This document shows, one piece after another, positions 37,801-46,300 of a stretch of DNA of 64,000 bases (the stretch's first letter is position 1; every line of letters begins with the position of its first letter). Under the pieces are notes generated by a model. The model was not told the origin of the DNA and made no database searches. It was given only the letters and a program-made list of their open reading frames with translations. Both the position numbers and the translations under genes were made by a program. The DNA comes from Patescibacteria group bacterium UBA6017 (lineage in GTDB: Bacteria; Patescibacteriota; Saccharimonadia; UBA4664): the NCBI GenBank assembly GCA_002429485.1, contig DIZX01000011.1:55258-119257 (forward strand), written 5' to 3'.

Positions 37801-39726
37801 CGTTGTGCTTTGGTTCAAATTAATGCCAGCCGTGGCATTAGTAGTCCCAATCGCTAGCGTAGTAGTGCCGCTCGGCGTATCGAGCAGCGGCGTCAGCAGC
37901 GATGTATTGGCCCGGCCACTACCGCTGATCTGGAAATTGGCCGTTTGGTTAGCTCCGGTCTGATTCAAAATATAGCCAACCCCGGTAGTTCCGTCGCAGT
38001 TGCCCGAATCCAGACACAGGGTACCTCCGGCATTCGGGAAAATAATGCTGCGCGCCGCCGTCGGAGTGGCCACGGTAATGGTCGTCAGGTTCGTGTTCGT
38101 AGCGTCGTTAAATACCATGTTGCTCGAAGCCGCCAGCCCCTGGATCGACACCGACGTACCCGATGCCGTGGCCGCATTGCGCCCAATGTTCACACTTGGC
38201 GCGTTAGTGTTGCCCAGGTAAACATTACCTGCAAAGCCGCCGGCACTCTTAGCACCGGAATCGATCGTAACGTTACCGGTACTGGTACTTGTCCCGGTCC
38301 CGTCGCCCGACTTTATCGTCACAGTCCCGGTACTTAAGCCCGAGCCGCCCGAAGTATTGCCGGACCGCACCAGCAAAGCCGCCGACGCGCCGACACCATC
38401 AACCGTGCTCACCAGCGGCGCGATCAGTGACGTGGCGGCCGTCACCGTCCCCGTAAAACTGGCGGCACTGGTGATCGTTTGGCCATTTATCGTTCCGCTC
38501 GCCACGGCACCAGCCTGATTGACGCTGAACTTACTGCTCGCGTTCACTTGCAGATCGAGCAAATTGCCAGTGATACCGGTCGCTCCGTTCGCCAAAATCA
38601 GCGCCTGCCCAGCCGCCGGGTTGCCGCTGCCCACTACCGTCAAACCCGAGCCGGTGTTGTTGCCATTATCGAGCTTGAGTACCCCGCTGGCCACAGCCGA
38701 GCTGCTGTTCGTAAATCCATACAGGAAGTTCGTGGCCGTCACGGCGAAGCTCGAGGTATCAGTGGCGTTTTTGGCCAAGTACCCCGTTGCGCTCGCCACC
38801 TGATAAGTCGCCGAGCAGGTGCTGGCCGTGGTAGTACACAGCGTGCCGCCCGCATCCGGGAAAATTATTGAACGAGGGGCAGTCGGCGCAGCAAAACTCA
38901 CGGTGGTCGTATTGGCGCCGCTGGTAGCCGTAAACGTGCTGCTGGAGTTGCCCTGTACCAAAAATGGCGTTGTCGTGCGACCAATGTTCACGCTCGATGC
39001 TATCCCGGTCCCCACATTGAGCGCCACCGCCGTAGCCGTATCCACTAACGGCGCCTGCAAGCCTGTGGCGGCAGCCACCGTGGCGCCCGAAGTCACGTTG
39101 CCGTTAACGTTCAGGAACCCGCTCTGCGCCGAACCGGGCGAAAGCTGAGCAAAGTCCGTCGCGTGCAAGCCCTGCAGCGCGTCCGAGTTCAGCGCGTAGG
39201 GCGAAGCCGTAAACCTCACAAACGGCAGCATTTCGCCGTCACCCGAGCAGCTCGTAAACGGCGTGCAGGTAGCATTCGTGTTGCCCAAGTTGATGCTCAT
39301 CCAGATGGTGTTGTTGTTGAAAATCGCCGGCAGGCTGGTGATTGAACCCAAGTTGACCTGGAAAATGCCGTCCGTCACGGTCACTCCCTGCGAGCTGTTG
39401 CGCAGCCAATCCTCAGTCCACTGCAAGGTACCGCCGCAAGGCGACGACCCGCCGCCCACACACCCGGCACCAGCGGTGTAAAGCTTGAATTCCAGGTTGT
39501 AGGTCCCATTAGGGATGTTGGTGCCGTTCGCATTTGCCAGCTTGCCCTGGAAATTTATGGCCGAGTTTATGGTAGCTTGAGCCCCCGGCGCCGGCCACGC
39601 CACCGCCGCCATACTCACCAATACGCCAAAAACACCAATCGCCGCAAAGGCCTTGGTTACCATGTGCCGGCTGAAAACACCGGTTACCCTACCTATGCGC
39701 CTTTGGAGACGTCGGGGGATCTTCAC
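31837..39726 (-). CDS. giant secreted surface protein B (2629 aa) with carbohydrate-binding-like jelly-roll modules
   Basis: GTG start. Signal peptide. The N-terminal domain is homologous to giant A. Several CBM-like modules end in ...TFYLDGVQLEQ and ...HIYIDNLAVVAQ. Gly/Thr/Ala/Ser-rich fibrous regions. Confidence 0.75.
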   Translation of the reverse strand: MKIPRRLQRRIGRVTGVFSRHMVTKAFAAIGVFGVLVSMAAVAWPAPGAQATINSAINFQGKLANANGTNIPNGTYNLEFKLYTAGAGCVGGGSSPCGGTLQWTEDWLRNSSQGVTVTDGIFQVNLGSITSLPAIFNNNTIWMSINLGNTNATCTPFTSCSGDGEMLPFVRFTASPYALNSDALQGLHATDFAQLSPGSAQSGFLNVNGNVTSGATVAAATGLQAPLVDTATAVALNVGTGIASSVNIGRTTTPFLVQGNSSSTFTATSGANTTTVSFAAPTAPRSIIFPDAGGTLCTTTASTCSATYQVASATGYLAKNATDTSSFAVTATNFLYGFTNSSSAVASGVLKLDNGNNTGSGLTVVGSGNPAAGQALILANGATGITGNLLDLQVNASSKFSVNQAGAVASGTINGQTITSAASFTGTVTAATSLIAPLVSTVDGVGASAALLVRSGNTSGGSGLSTGTVTIKSGDGTGTSTSTGNVTIDSGAKSAGGFAGNVYLGNTNAPSVNIGRNAATASGTSVSIQGLAASSNMVFNDATNTNLTTITVATPTAARSIIFPNAGGTLCLDSGNCDGTTGVGYILNQTGANQTANFQISGSGRANTSLLTPLLDTPSGTTTLAIGTTNATAGINLNQSTTILSGKSLTVAGGAVTQSGGAVSLSANAASSFTTSAGALTLTAAAASLWGTSAGDLGVYATANLNLGNQGGTAINIGTNAAAHTIAVGTDATNAQSITAGSTNSGSTVTSKAGALSETLSNTGDAIRTGTSSAGNTATALQIQNGQGAAVLGVGTNDTNLILNPGAEVAFGSEWAAYGTNTTVARNTSNAWNGAASVSVVVAPSTATRGAQNNLGAALSASTAYTVSFYAKLKTGDPAFADVAAAYSRDGTAGTETACSSYNTQTVVSGGWTRVTCTFTSSATAGNASAYIVIRQTAGAARTFYLDGVQLEQTSNVANAYGAGTLQVDTAVSSPIMLQNTENSTTALSVQNAAGVTQFAVDTLNSQATVSGQLNVVGTLQTNTITPTGTLTIGATGQQLTLQGNASTSLSATGGGFTTTLAFTGSPTGAVTYNLDRSVTTGSYLICTDAVGSCDSSTGYIRKGVEETDNVTVTTSGHSLLTLNNGGSGSTSVLTISNGSGLNSALSVTSAANLNAGNATIFASNTLNNATGNLLDLQSTQSATLASRFAVDMNGNATQSGGTSTTDTLNGQRISSAANFTGTVTEAGALTVSAGGAGITGNSSVTGTLGVTSVLSVTGTGAAELIVSGAPAVSNASSLVQIGGAAISSGSVNGTYIGLNTSGATTADLLNLQNNNNSEFKVTSAGVANATSGFSVGGTSGSSFGACGAGQYVSLFQASGGLVVGGSCTALPSTGGFLAKNQTATETSSGGVAGDFYDFTNTNSGSSANVLTLTNGGTGNALKVTSTLNPAAGNALIFASDTNAAPSGNLLDLQAGAAPTSRFAVDASGNLTMAGNIDSAVGISIGTGTATSVTLGKSTTTVKTNGTALIGNAAGSGALVNNGSTVNSVYTMADLSGGGWDAGGAAATVDIYTYIAAHQLTGSQTLTPPTPSASGTYGRIVYITNTGTTSFSILGSTVSAGSSATLVWANVNGVGTWTFAGADNNGIQNQSSADQTGSFRITLTGRANTSFTAPLFDTISASQLNLGTSTANAVSIGKTANTTTINGSTTVGTVASATLFKNNGATQNVVCAYTGVSGTITLTTAGKTVNDCTAFTITDTGATTISAIASPTAGAGSIIYINNLSASTNAITILGQTLVVGNSQMFVYDGTNWTNGGAVSTNLQGAYNNSSGAAPSILETAANKALTVQSAIASGMSAGQEIFGVRDAHTSDTLGNSIFSVSSYGLGVNVGGTAQNPALQSGIDLQLGMSADRIIAVADQTTVATAGAALTVRSAAGNTSGTGGNLILVGGAGGTSGVGGAASLKGGAAGGGNTAGGAVTVQGGASTGTGTGGMTTLAGGAASATGAGGFVVISAANGGSSAANGVGPGGNITLQAGSAAGSNDNDGGNITLTAGAKTGTNGIPGVVKIGSPVFTSVSETFTQTGNNQAFNSGTDPALLTNLNTYGTVVMNVAGAFTGATITMPSPTNAIAGRVVYVSAGSSSVAFTLAATGMSGVNMSSGNTATLVWNGTAWSGTTTASSLQQVYNNTSTAPASIITTSTTKNILFQAGVGDDNANVFQVGNSAAAPVISIDTTNTATGFNLASNGGVEVGGVTGWTAFTGTGSASITQNVTAANLASGIGSVDVAITGTGTGGANNALSATALTSSRLYAVSFNIKSSSGTPTIAVQYYKDATPTLDATCNVPTNGTVNSTGFFKYTCYFTTSASGQTTGNFLRISKTDASTIAHIYIDNLAVVAQNTTGTKNTGSLRVGGPLSQGLTLLTLDTFAAVPFTGTVNQDLYGSMYYDTTLGRIQCYEIDGWGSCGAAPDSNLILEPEYAGAVLNPGLGADTHIGTVTANICSGSSRMSIQATEGTICASTEEYNFYRWTTSQVTAQTYSIFVKYQLPPTFGGFASDSTIQMVGRVSSTTDASIAYAVFQNDGTECGGNPAGTTTVTTSNNTWQTVAYNGNEATTCTFAPNDIVTFRVDMSSKNNAYAYASQITFTMKGK

Positions 39727-39790
39727 ACAACCACACAGTTACACCCTAAGCATAGCCGTTTTCAGATATAAACACAAGAGTTTTGAGGCT

Positions 39791-40663
39791 ATGTACTATA
39801 CTAACGTTATGCTTAATCTATATCTGAAGAATCACCTTAAATTCCTGTCCGTACTTGCCCTAACTCTTTGCATAAACACCGCATCATTTGCCGCCGAACC
39901 TACGCCGTTGCCGTCCCCCTCCGCCGCTCCCGGGGCAACCGAAGCCGTCACCGACTTCACCTCTACCGCTGAGCTTACTCATCAAGGTACGCTCGATGTC
40001 CACGAGCACATTACCTACGACTTCGGACCTGCCGATCCCCACACCATCAACCACCGAATTCTGATCGGCTACTCCGACGACCAGGGCAACCTCCTGCAAA
40101 GCAAATTCGTACTGCTCTCGAGCACCCAAAATGACCAACCTCTAGCCCTTCACCCCGACATCAATGGCACCGTCGCCAACATCAACCTTCCACCGGGCAG
40201 CAGCTCCGGTCCCCGCCGTTACTCACTGCACTATACCCTCTCGCCAGCGGTACTGGCCGGGCCGGATGCAGATGTGTTTAAATACAGCGTTACCGGCCTC
40301 GGCTGGACCGTCCCCATCAACCAGGTATCCATCGTGCTCACCACTCCCGGACTGACCCCGCAGACCCTCACCTGCTACACTGGTGCCGGTGGTAGCACTA
40401 CCAGCAGCTGCCGAGTTAGCGAACATGGCAGCACCTCCTCAATCGTCACCGACGCCGTTCTGACGCCAGGCGAAAGCCTTAGCCTCTACACCGGCTTCCC
40501 CATGCATTCGTTCACCGACTATTACAACTCCTGGAACGTCCAGTCACTTTGGCCGTTTCTAGTCGCAGCCATCGCTATCATCGCAATGTTGATAGCCATC
40601 CCCCTGCTACTGCGCCGCCGCAAACACCAGACCGACATACCTGATTCAGAGCCGGAAAAATAA
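39791..40663 (+). CDS. secreted protein with C-terminal transmembrane anchor and basic tail (DUF2207-like architecture)
   Basis: Signal peptide MYYTNVMLNLYLKNHLKFLSVLALTLCINTASFA. C-terminus LWPFLVAAIAIIAMLIAIPLLLRRRKHQ. Confidence 0.45.
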   Translation: MYYTNVMLNLYLKNHLKFLSVLALTLCINTASFAAEPTPLPSPSAAPGATEAVTDFTSTAELTHQGTLDVHEHITYDFGPADPHTINHRILIGYSDDQGNLLQSKFVLLSSTQNDQPLALHPDINGTVANINLPPGSSSGPRRYSLHYTLSPAVLAGPDADVFKYSVTGLGWTVPINQVSIVLTTPGLTPQTLTCYTGAGGSTTSSCRVSEHGSTSSIVTDAVLTPGESLSLYTGFPMHSFTDYYNSWNVQSLWPFLVAAIAIIAMLIAIPLLLRRRKHQTDIPDSEPEK

Positions 40664-40673
40664 CCGTCTGCGT

Positions 40674-41630
40674 TTAGCGGCGTCGCCGCTTTAGCCAGCC
40701 CCTCGGACGACCCCACAACCACCAGGCCAAACCGGCCGCTGCCAGCAACCCCGCGCCTATCACCAGCCAGATTATAATCGCTCCGGTATACACAAAGTCC
40801 TGTTCAAAACTACGCATCTGCGAAGTGCCGTCGTACCGGTAACTCGTCACTATCCGGTACCGGCCCGGCCACCAAGCCCGTGCCACGGGGATGAATTCCG
40901 TAGTGTAGTTTCGGTAGGTTTCCGGCAATATTACTTTGCTATCTTCATTGATTGCGCCACGCACAACCTCCTTGCCGAATGGGTCTTTCACGCTCACAAT
41001 ACCGCGTGGCACCACGTGCACGTTACCGGTATTACGATATCGCTGGGTTGCTTCATTTGGCAGCCGCCACCAACTCGCGTTAGATTTTTGGCTCTGCAAA
41101 GCTAGTTCCTGCTTTAACCCGCCTTCTTTGGTGACCAGTAGTAAGCTCGACAATACTTGTTTTACCCCCACGCTATCGCTGCGGCCGCCGCCAGCCGTAA
41201 GTGCGGTAGCGAGCAATGCGCCATAATGCCCGCCTGGCGCGAGGGAATCTTTGTTGATAATCGTTACCGGTATCGTTACTGACTTACCTGCCGGTACACT
41301 CAACGCGGTCTCAGGCAAAACCATCCAATTAGCTAATCCGTATTTATGATCTAGCTCGGCTGTCGCTGTCCCCAGAAAAGCCACCCCGCCATCTTCATCC
41401 AGGCTCCCAAAATCCAACATGCTCAATGCAAACGCCTGGTCTTGCGCGTTATGATTCGTTAACTGAACGTCATATGTCACCCGGGACTGATCCTTGGCGA
41501 TATCGATCTGCCCATATGCCGGCGACACCGCAAAGCCGCTGTTTGCTAGTGCGTATGCTCCGGCTCCGGACCACAATCCGCTCCCGAGCACGCAGACGGC
41601 CGCCGCAAGGCGCCCCCCATTACGCCACAC
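40674..41630 (-). CDS. membrane-tethered protein with two Ig-like domains (Ig-TM4)
   Basis: Signal peptide. GGHYGALLATAL...VGVKQVLSSLLLVTKEG. C-terminal transmembrane segment plus RPRGWLKRRRR. Confidence 0.55.
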   Translation of the reverse strand: MWRNGGRLAAAVCVLGSGLWSGAGAYALANSGFAVSPAYGQIDIAKDQSRVTYDVQLTNHNAQDQAFALSMLDFGSLDEDGGVAFLGTATAELDHKYGLANWMVLPETALSVPAGKSVTIPVTIINKDSLAPGGHYGALLATALTAGGGRSDSVGVKQVLSSLLLVTKEGGLKQELALQSQKSNASWWRLPNEATQRYRNTGNVHVVPRGIVSVKDPFGKEVVRGAINEDSKVILPETYRNYTTEFIPVARAWWPGRYRIVTSYRYDGTSQMRSFEQDFVYTGAIIIWLVIGAGLLAAAGLAWWLWGRPRGWLKRRRR

Positions 41631-42698
41631 TTAGCGTCTCCGCAGCCGCTTCAAGCGATGCGTTACGCGCCGCAAGGTTCCGCGAACCATCAGGTACACT
41701 CCCAATCCCACCAGCACGACCACTACGAGCACCGCCAGCAAGAAGCGCCAGGGTATCACCCAGAACGTCAGCGTCGCCTCAATCGGGACGTCATTGTGCC
41801 CGTTGTCGTACACCGCAAAGAGCTCAGCCGTGTATTTGCCCATCCGGATCTTACTAAACGGATTGTTACCGCCGGCATTCCAGCTCAACGCCTGAACCTG
41901 GTGGCCTTTATTGTCGATTTTTACGCTCCCGTTCACGAGCACATCCTGAAACGCCGGGTAGCCGTCGGTCCACTTCGCTGGGAAAATACGTACTGATTGC
42001 GGCAGAATATTTCCCCCGCCGGCATTGATCGGCAGCACCCCTATTTGTTTCCCGTTCTGTTTTATAAATACATCACCGTGTGGCACTGCGTGGACATTAC
42101 CGGTGTTATCCAGGCTCACATTGAAGGAACTTGGCAAAAACTCATAGATCCGATGAATAGATGCAAACGATTTCAAGACGAGAGTTCGGTTAGCATTCGG
42201 ATTGCGCGCTTCCAGCAACACCAGTACGGCTGTCGCGCCGGCGATCGAGTTGGTCCGGTTGTCGCGGTGAACATCGTCGCCCACTCTGGAAAACACCGCC
42301 GCATAGTAGTATCCGAACGCTGCGGTTTTCGGCAAGCTGATCGTCATATGCACCGTCTGCCAAACATTGGCGGGGGCGTCAAACTCTGTCTTATCAAACT
42401 TCACCCACTTCACGAACTCGTCGCCCGGCTCGGGATCCATCAGTTTCGGCTTGCCCTGATCCCCAAACGCCCCAAATTTCTGCAGCTTCACTTGCAGCTT
42501 CGCGTCGCCCGGCCCTGCCTGCTTCACCCGAATATCTGTCGTCACAGTTGTTCCTGGATCTGCTACCAAACTAATCGGCAGCGGCGACGTCTCCAGGACC
42601 AGCGGATGCAAATCATCCGCGGCTATTGCCGTTGCCGGCCCCAGCAAACTGCTAAAAGCCAAACATAAACTTATAACCCCTAATACAACACGCTTCAT
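41631..42698 (-). CDS. membrane-tethered protein with two Ig-like domains (Ig-TM3)
   Basis: Signal peptide. FGYYYAAVFSRV...IAGATAVLVLLEAR. C-terminal transmembrane segment plus RRVTHRLKRLRRR. It is contiguous with 40674..41630. Confidence 0.55.
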   Translation of the reverse strand: MKRVVLGVISLCLAFSSLLGPATAIAADDLHPLVLETSPLPISLVADPGTTVTTDIRVKQAGPGDAKLQVKLQKFGAFGDQGKPKLMDPEPGDEFVKWVKFDKTEFDAPANVWQTVHMTISLPKTAAFGYYYAAVFSRVGDDVHRDNRTNSIAGATAVLVLLEARNPNANRTLVLKSFASIHRIYEFLPSSFNVSLDNTGNVHAVPHGDVFIKQNGKQIGVLPINAGGGNILPQSVRIFPAKWTDGYPAFQDVLVNGSVKIDNKGHQVQALSWNAGGNNPFSKIRMGKYTAELFAVYDNGHNDVPIEATLTFWVIPWRFLLAVLVVVVLVGLGVYLMVRGTLRRVTHRLKRLRRR

Positions 42699-42707
42699 TG
42701 AATTTGC

Positions 42708-43808
42708 CTAAAAATTACCCGCACCGACAACCGTTATGGAATCGGTATAATCTGTACCTGCCGGCGTCACCCCTGAGATGGCTGCGCGCTCGGTCATCGT
42801 TATCACATCCCCGTTGGCCGTTCCGGTTGGCGGCGTACCGCTTGTGCCGGTGCAGGACCCAATTGGCTGATACGTGCTCGCTAGCGTTCCGCCCGACCTC
42901 GTCGGCTGCGCCTGTGTAGTGCCGTCATAATCAGCATTAATACCCACTATACAACCATCTGTAGCGTCGGTGGTCAAAAGTACGTCCATCACGAATCCCT
43001 CGACACCGGGAACCAGCTGTGTACTCAGGCTGTCACCTACGGTACCTGTGGTCGGTAGCGTATAAGATGCGGCCGCCGAATGCAGACCCTGATACAGGTC
43101 CTTGGCCCAGGCGATCCACCCCCCTTTGGCGTTCGTGATAAAGGTCGAGGTCACGCCGGAGGTAGACACCACCGACAGCGGATCGAGGTTCGTTGTAAAA
43201 CTATCGGTATAACCGCTCAGCGTCATAATGAATGACGGCGGAACCACCGCGGTGATCACAATGGTATCGTCGGTGTTATTGGCCAGCGCAATCGGAGTCT
43301 GATCAATCGTGGCATTACCCGAATCTTGCGTCGTTATCGATGCCTGCTGGCTGTTAGCCGCCGCCACCGCGGTAGTTGCCGTACTCACCGCCGCAAAATT
43401 GAAGCAGTAGAGCGTCGATGAGCTCGCTAGGTCGGTCGAGGGGAAAATCGCTGTATGCGCCCCGTTATTCACTGCAGTAGCAGTTGCAATGCCAGGCCAA
43501 GCTGTGGCGCCAGTTGGTAAGTTTGTAGTAGTTACAGTCCAGTTGGCGGCAGTTGTGTTGAGAGTATATGTCGTCGGGAACGTGATCATAATATGAGCTT
43601 CGGTCGAAGCCAGGTTTACGACCGACGGTTTCGCACACACCATACCGCCGGTAGCCGTATTCACCTTCATCCTATCGAGACGTAGAAACGCTTCCTGAAA
43701 CTGAGCTGCAGCATCAGCACTACTAGGCAGAAAAGGTGCCGCGGCACTGAGGATCAGTACAACGATAACTACAACACGATACGGTAAGCGCTGGCTCCAG
43801 CTATGCAT
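42708..43808 (-). CDS. secreted SCPU/Csu-pilin-like protein (P5)
   Basis: Signal peptide. Cys-containing N-terminal region (GGMVCAKPSV). The C-terminus PAGTDYTDSITVVGAGNF is identical over the last 16 aa to P6. Confidence 0.55.
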   Translation of the reverse strand: MHSWSQRLPYRVVVIVVLILSAAAPFLPSSADAAAQFQEAFLRLDRMKVNTATGGMVCAKPSVVNLASTEAHIMITFPTTYTLNTTAANWTVTTTNLPTGATAWPGIATATAVNNGAHTAIFPSTDLASSSTLYCFNFAAVSTATTAVAAANSQQASITTQDSGNATIDQTPIALANNTDDTIVITAVVPPSFIMTLSGYTDSFTTNLDPLSVVSTSGVTSTFITNAKGGWIAWAKDLYQGLHSAAASYTLPTTGTVGDSLSTQLVPGVEGFVMDVLLTTDATDGCIVGINADYDGTTQAQPTRSGGTLASTYQPIGSCTGTSGTPPTGTANGDVITMTERAAISGVTPAGTDYTDSITVVGAGNF

Positions 43809-43916
43809 CTAAACTCCATCACACTAACTAACTGGTATCAGTGTATCGGAAGCATAAGAAGCATGCAAGGAGATTTATTGTCGCTGTCTTCAGCTTATTC
43901 GATCGTCGGCTCGCTC

Positions 43917-45077
43917 CTAGAAGTTACCTGCCCCGACAACCGTTATCGAGTCGGTGTAGTCGGTACCGGCAGGCGTACCACCACGGATCACGGCCCGCTC
44001 TACGAGATTCAAGATGTCGCCGTCGGACGTGGCCGGAGTTGCACCGGTGCAGTTGGCGATTGGCTGGTAGGCCGTGTTGTCGAGCACACCGCCTCCGAAG
44101 CCGGTCAGACTGCCATAGGCAGCGTCGAGGCCCACTGTGCACCCGGCGGCAGCGTCGGTATTGATCGTTACATCCATCACGTAGCCTTCACGACCCACAC
44201 CGCCGCCACTCGGAATGAGGTCAAAGAACGGGTTGCCCACAACTTTTGTCTGCGTCGGATATGGGTTCATGAGACCGGAGGCAATTGTGTAACTGCTCGT
44301 TACAGAATGCAGCCCAGCATACAGATCCTTGGCCCAGGCGATCCAACCTCCTGGTGCGTTGGTCGAGATGGTAGCGGTGCGGCCGGCAGTCGACACTATC
44401 GCTGTCGGGTCAAGGTTGGTAGCAAATGCATCTGCGTAGCCATCAAGTGCCAAGGTAAAGTTCGGAGGTACCACCGCGCTCACCACAATCGTATCGTCAG
44501 TAGTTACAGTGTAGGCCCAGTTGGTTTGGTTCGAGATCGTAGGCCCAGCCGAATCCTGAGCGTACAATGTACCGCCCGTGATGCCCGTTGAGCTCACAGC
44601 CGACCCATTTGTCAGCACCGCCGCTCCGGCCAGAGTCAGCCCGGCAACTTTGAAGCAGACCTGGCCGCCGGCTACCGTGAGGTCGCCCGATGCGAAAGTT
44701 ACGGTGTGACCGCTCACGCTAGTAGCATGTGTGGTGCCCGAAGTCATACCCGGCCAAAACGTCGACCCTGCAGGCAAGTTGTCATTCCAGGCGGTCCAGT
44801 TTGCCGCCGTCGAGTTAAGCGCGAAGTCGGTCGCGCCGGAGTCGGTCGGTATTACGATCACAACCTGATTTTCTGTTACGCCGGTGGTAGCCGCAGTCGG
44901 TGTAGCGCATACAGTCAAAGCCGTACCGGTCAATGCCTTAAACCTATCCGGACGCACAAACGCCTGTGCGAACACTGGCGGAGCAGCGCTAGCCGTACCT
45001 ACTAAGATTGGTACCGCTAATTCTGCTACTAATGCTGCTACGGCAGCTACTATTAACTTGATTTTTGGTTTGTTCAT
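43917..45077 (-). CDS. secreted SCPU/Csu-pilin-like protein (P6)
   Basis: Paralog of P5 (ALTVCATP...; C-terminus PAGTDYTDSITVVGAGNF). Confidence 0.55.
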   Translation of the reverse strand: MNKPKIKLIVAAVAALVAELAVPILVGTASAAPPVFAQAFVRPDRFKALTGTALTVCATPTAATTGVTENQVVIVIPTDSGATDFALNSTAANWTAWNDNLPAGSTFWPGMTSGTTHATSVSGHTVTFASGDLTVAGGQVCFKVAGLTLAGAAVLTNGSAVSSTGITGGTLYAQDSAGPTISNQTNWAYTVTTDDTIVVSAVVPPNFTLALDGYADAFATNLDPTAIVSTAGRTATISTNAPGGWIAWAKDLYAGLHSVTSSYTIASGLMNPYPTQTKVVGNPFFDLIPSGGGVGREGYVMDVTINTDAAAGCTVGLDAAYGSLTGFGGGVLDNTAYQPIANCTGATPATSDGDILNLVERAVIRGGTPAGTDYTDSITVVGAGNF

Positions 45078-45084
45078 TTGGTTT

Positions 45085-45145
45085 GACTTTTTCTTGCGTT
45101 TTTAATGCGTTTTTTCTTGGACTTTTATTTGGGTTTTTTCGTTGT
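45085..45145. promoter_or_regulatory. helically phased T-tracts (predicted curved DNA) upstream of P6
   Basis: Five T4-6 tracts centred at about 45091, 45101, 45113, 45126 and 45137, spaced 10-13 bp apart and including gcgttttt repeats. They lie immediately 5' of the P6 start on its coding strand as A-tracts. Confidence 0.35.
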
Positions 45146-45232
45146 TGAAAATACTTACGCTAACTTTACCCCGAGCCCTCGGGTCGTGTCAACTATATTT
45201 ACAACACTTTTATCCACAAGCACTTTAGCCAA

Positions 45233-46300
45233 CTAGAAACTCGCACTAGCAATCGCAGTCATCACCTCTGCGTAGTCCGCCGATGCTGGTGTCAGGGGCT
45301 TGGTTTTGGCCGACATAATGAATGATCCGCGACCGCCCACGATCGGCGCACCGGTCGAATTAAAAATCTGCCGAATCAAGGAATCTTCCACCCCTACGTT
45401 CGTACCGCTCACGTTGTATGGTGAATCGAGAGCCAATGGTCCGCCCGAAGTTTGGGCAATGCTAGCCCCCTGCAACCCAAAACCTTCCGCCAGACTGGCC
45501 AGGTCGCCGGTTTGGGCGGCGATTGTATAGGTGGCATCTGCACTCCTCAGTCCCGCGTTCTGACCGCTCACATATACCATGCCGCCAGATTCGGCATTGG
45601 TATCCAAACTTATCCACACCCGCATCGACGAATTCGTTACCGTGCTCACCGGGATCGTGCCAAAGTCCACCACATACGGCGGGCTGGTGCTGATATTTGT
45701 GGCTGCCACATCAATATCAAACGACAATTGGGGATCAACCGTGCTAGCGCTCGCGACCGGCCCATAACCGCTCTCGGTGAACTTACCGCGATAGGCCTTG
45801 GCTTTCACGGAATACACCGTGCTCTTCGTGAGTCCGCGCACAATCACGCCCGAGCTCCCGCCCCACGCCGCATATGTCTGATAATCACTGAAACTCAAGC
45901 TCGAGCCGACCGTGAGATCACTGTGCACGTATTGAGTGGTCGTAAAGCCGTCGGTCGAAATTGCCACCGCAAACAACGCGTCACTGGGGTTGTTCTCCGG
46001 GCCGACCGTCACCCGCAGCTTGTTGTACCAACTGCCGGTGTCGTTGGCAATGGTGATCGTCGGCACGTTCGCCTGCTTAACATAATTTTCACCCGCGCCC
46101 ACTTTGTAATTACTCGACGCCGCCGAACCCGACACCTCACCGGTCAAACCGTTTACGTGGTAGTTCGTCGAGCCGCTATCTGCCGTACCGCCATTACCAA
46201 AACCATATGAATTGAGCTGAAAATTCGTACTAGCGGGTAAGCCGGCCACGAGCCATCCTGTCAGTGTCCAGGCAATCCAAACACTGCTCATGACGTCCAC
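45233..46300 (-). CDS. secreted FN3-like plus SCPU-like protein (P7)
   Basis: N-terminal hydrophobic signal. FN3-like segment (PTITIANDTGSWYNKLRVTV...SVKAKAYRGKFTESGYGP). The C-terminus ADYAEVMTAIASASF follows the family motif. Confidence 0.45.
   Translation of the reverse strand: MDVMSSVWIAWTLTGWLVAGLPASTNFQLNSYGFGNGGTADSGSTNYHVNGLTGEVSGSAASSNYKVGAGENYVKQANVPTITIANDTGSWYNKLRVTVGPENNPSDALFAVAISTDGFTTTQYVHSDLTVGSSLSFSDYQTYAAWGGSSGVIVRGLTKSTVYSVKAKAYRGKFTESGYGPVASASTVDPQLSFDIDVAATNISTSPPYVVDFGTIPVSTVTNSSMRVWISLDTNAESGGMVYVSGQNAGLRSADATYTIAAQTGDLASLAEGFGLQGASIAQTSGGPLALDSPYNVSGTNVGVEDSLIRQIFNSTGAPIVGGRGSFIMSAKTKPLTPASADYAEVMTAIASASF

Noticed and set aside
32894-39481. Many Pro/Val/Ala-rich plus-strand ORFs (32894..33475, 33530..34030, 36733..37326, 37400..37963 and others) inside giant gene B
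   Set aside because: Same shadow-ORF artefact of the 7.9-kb minus-strand gene. There are no independent expression signals.
43841-44591. Plus-strand ORFs (43803..44591, 43841..44164) antisense to P6
   Set aside because: Arg/Cys/His-rich shadow ORFs. The minus-strand P6 frame has a signal peptide and the family C-terminal motif.
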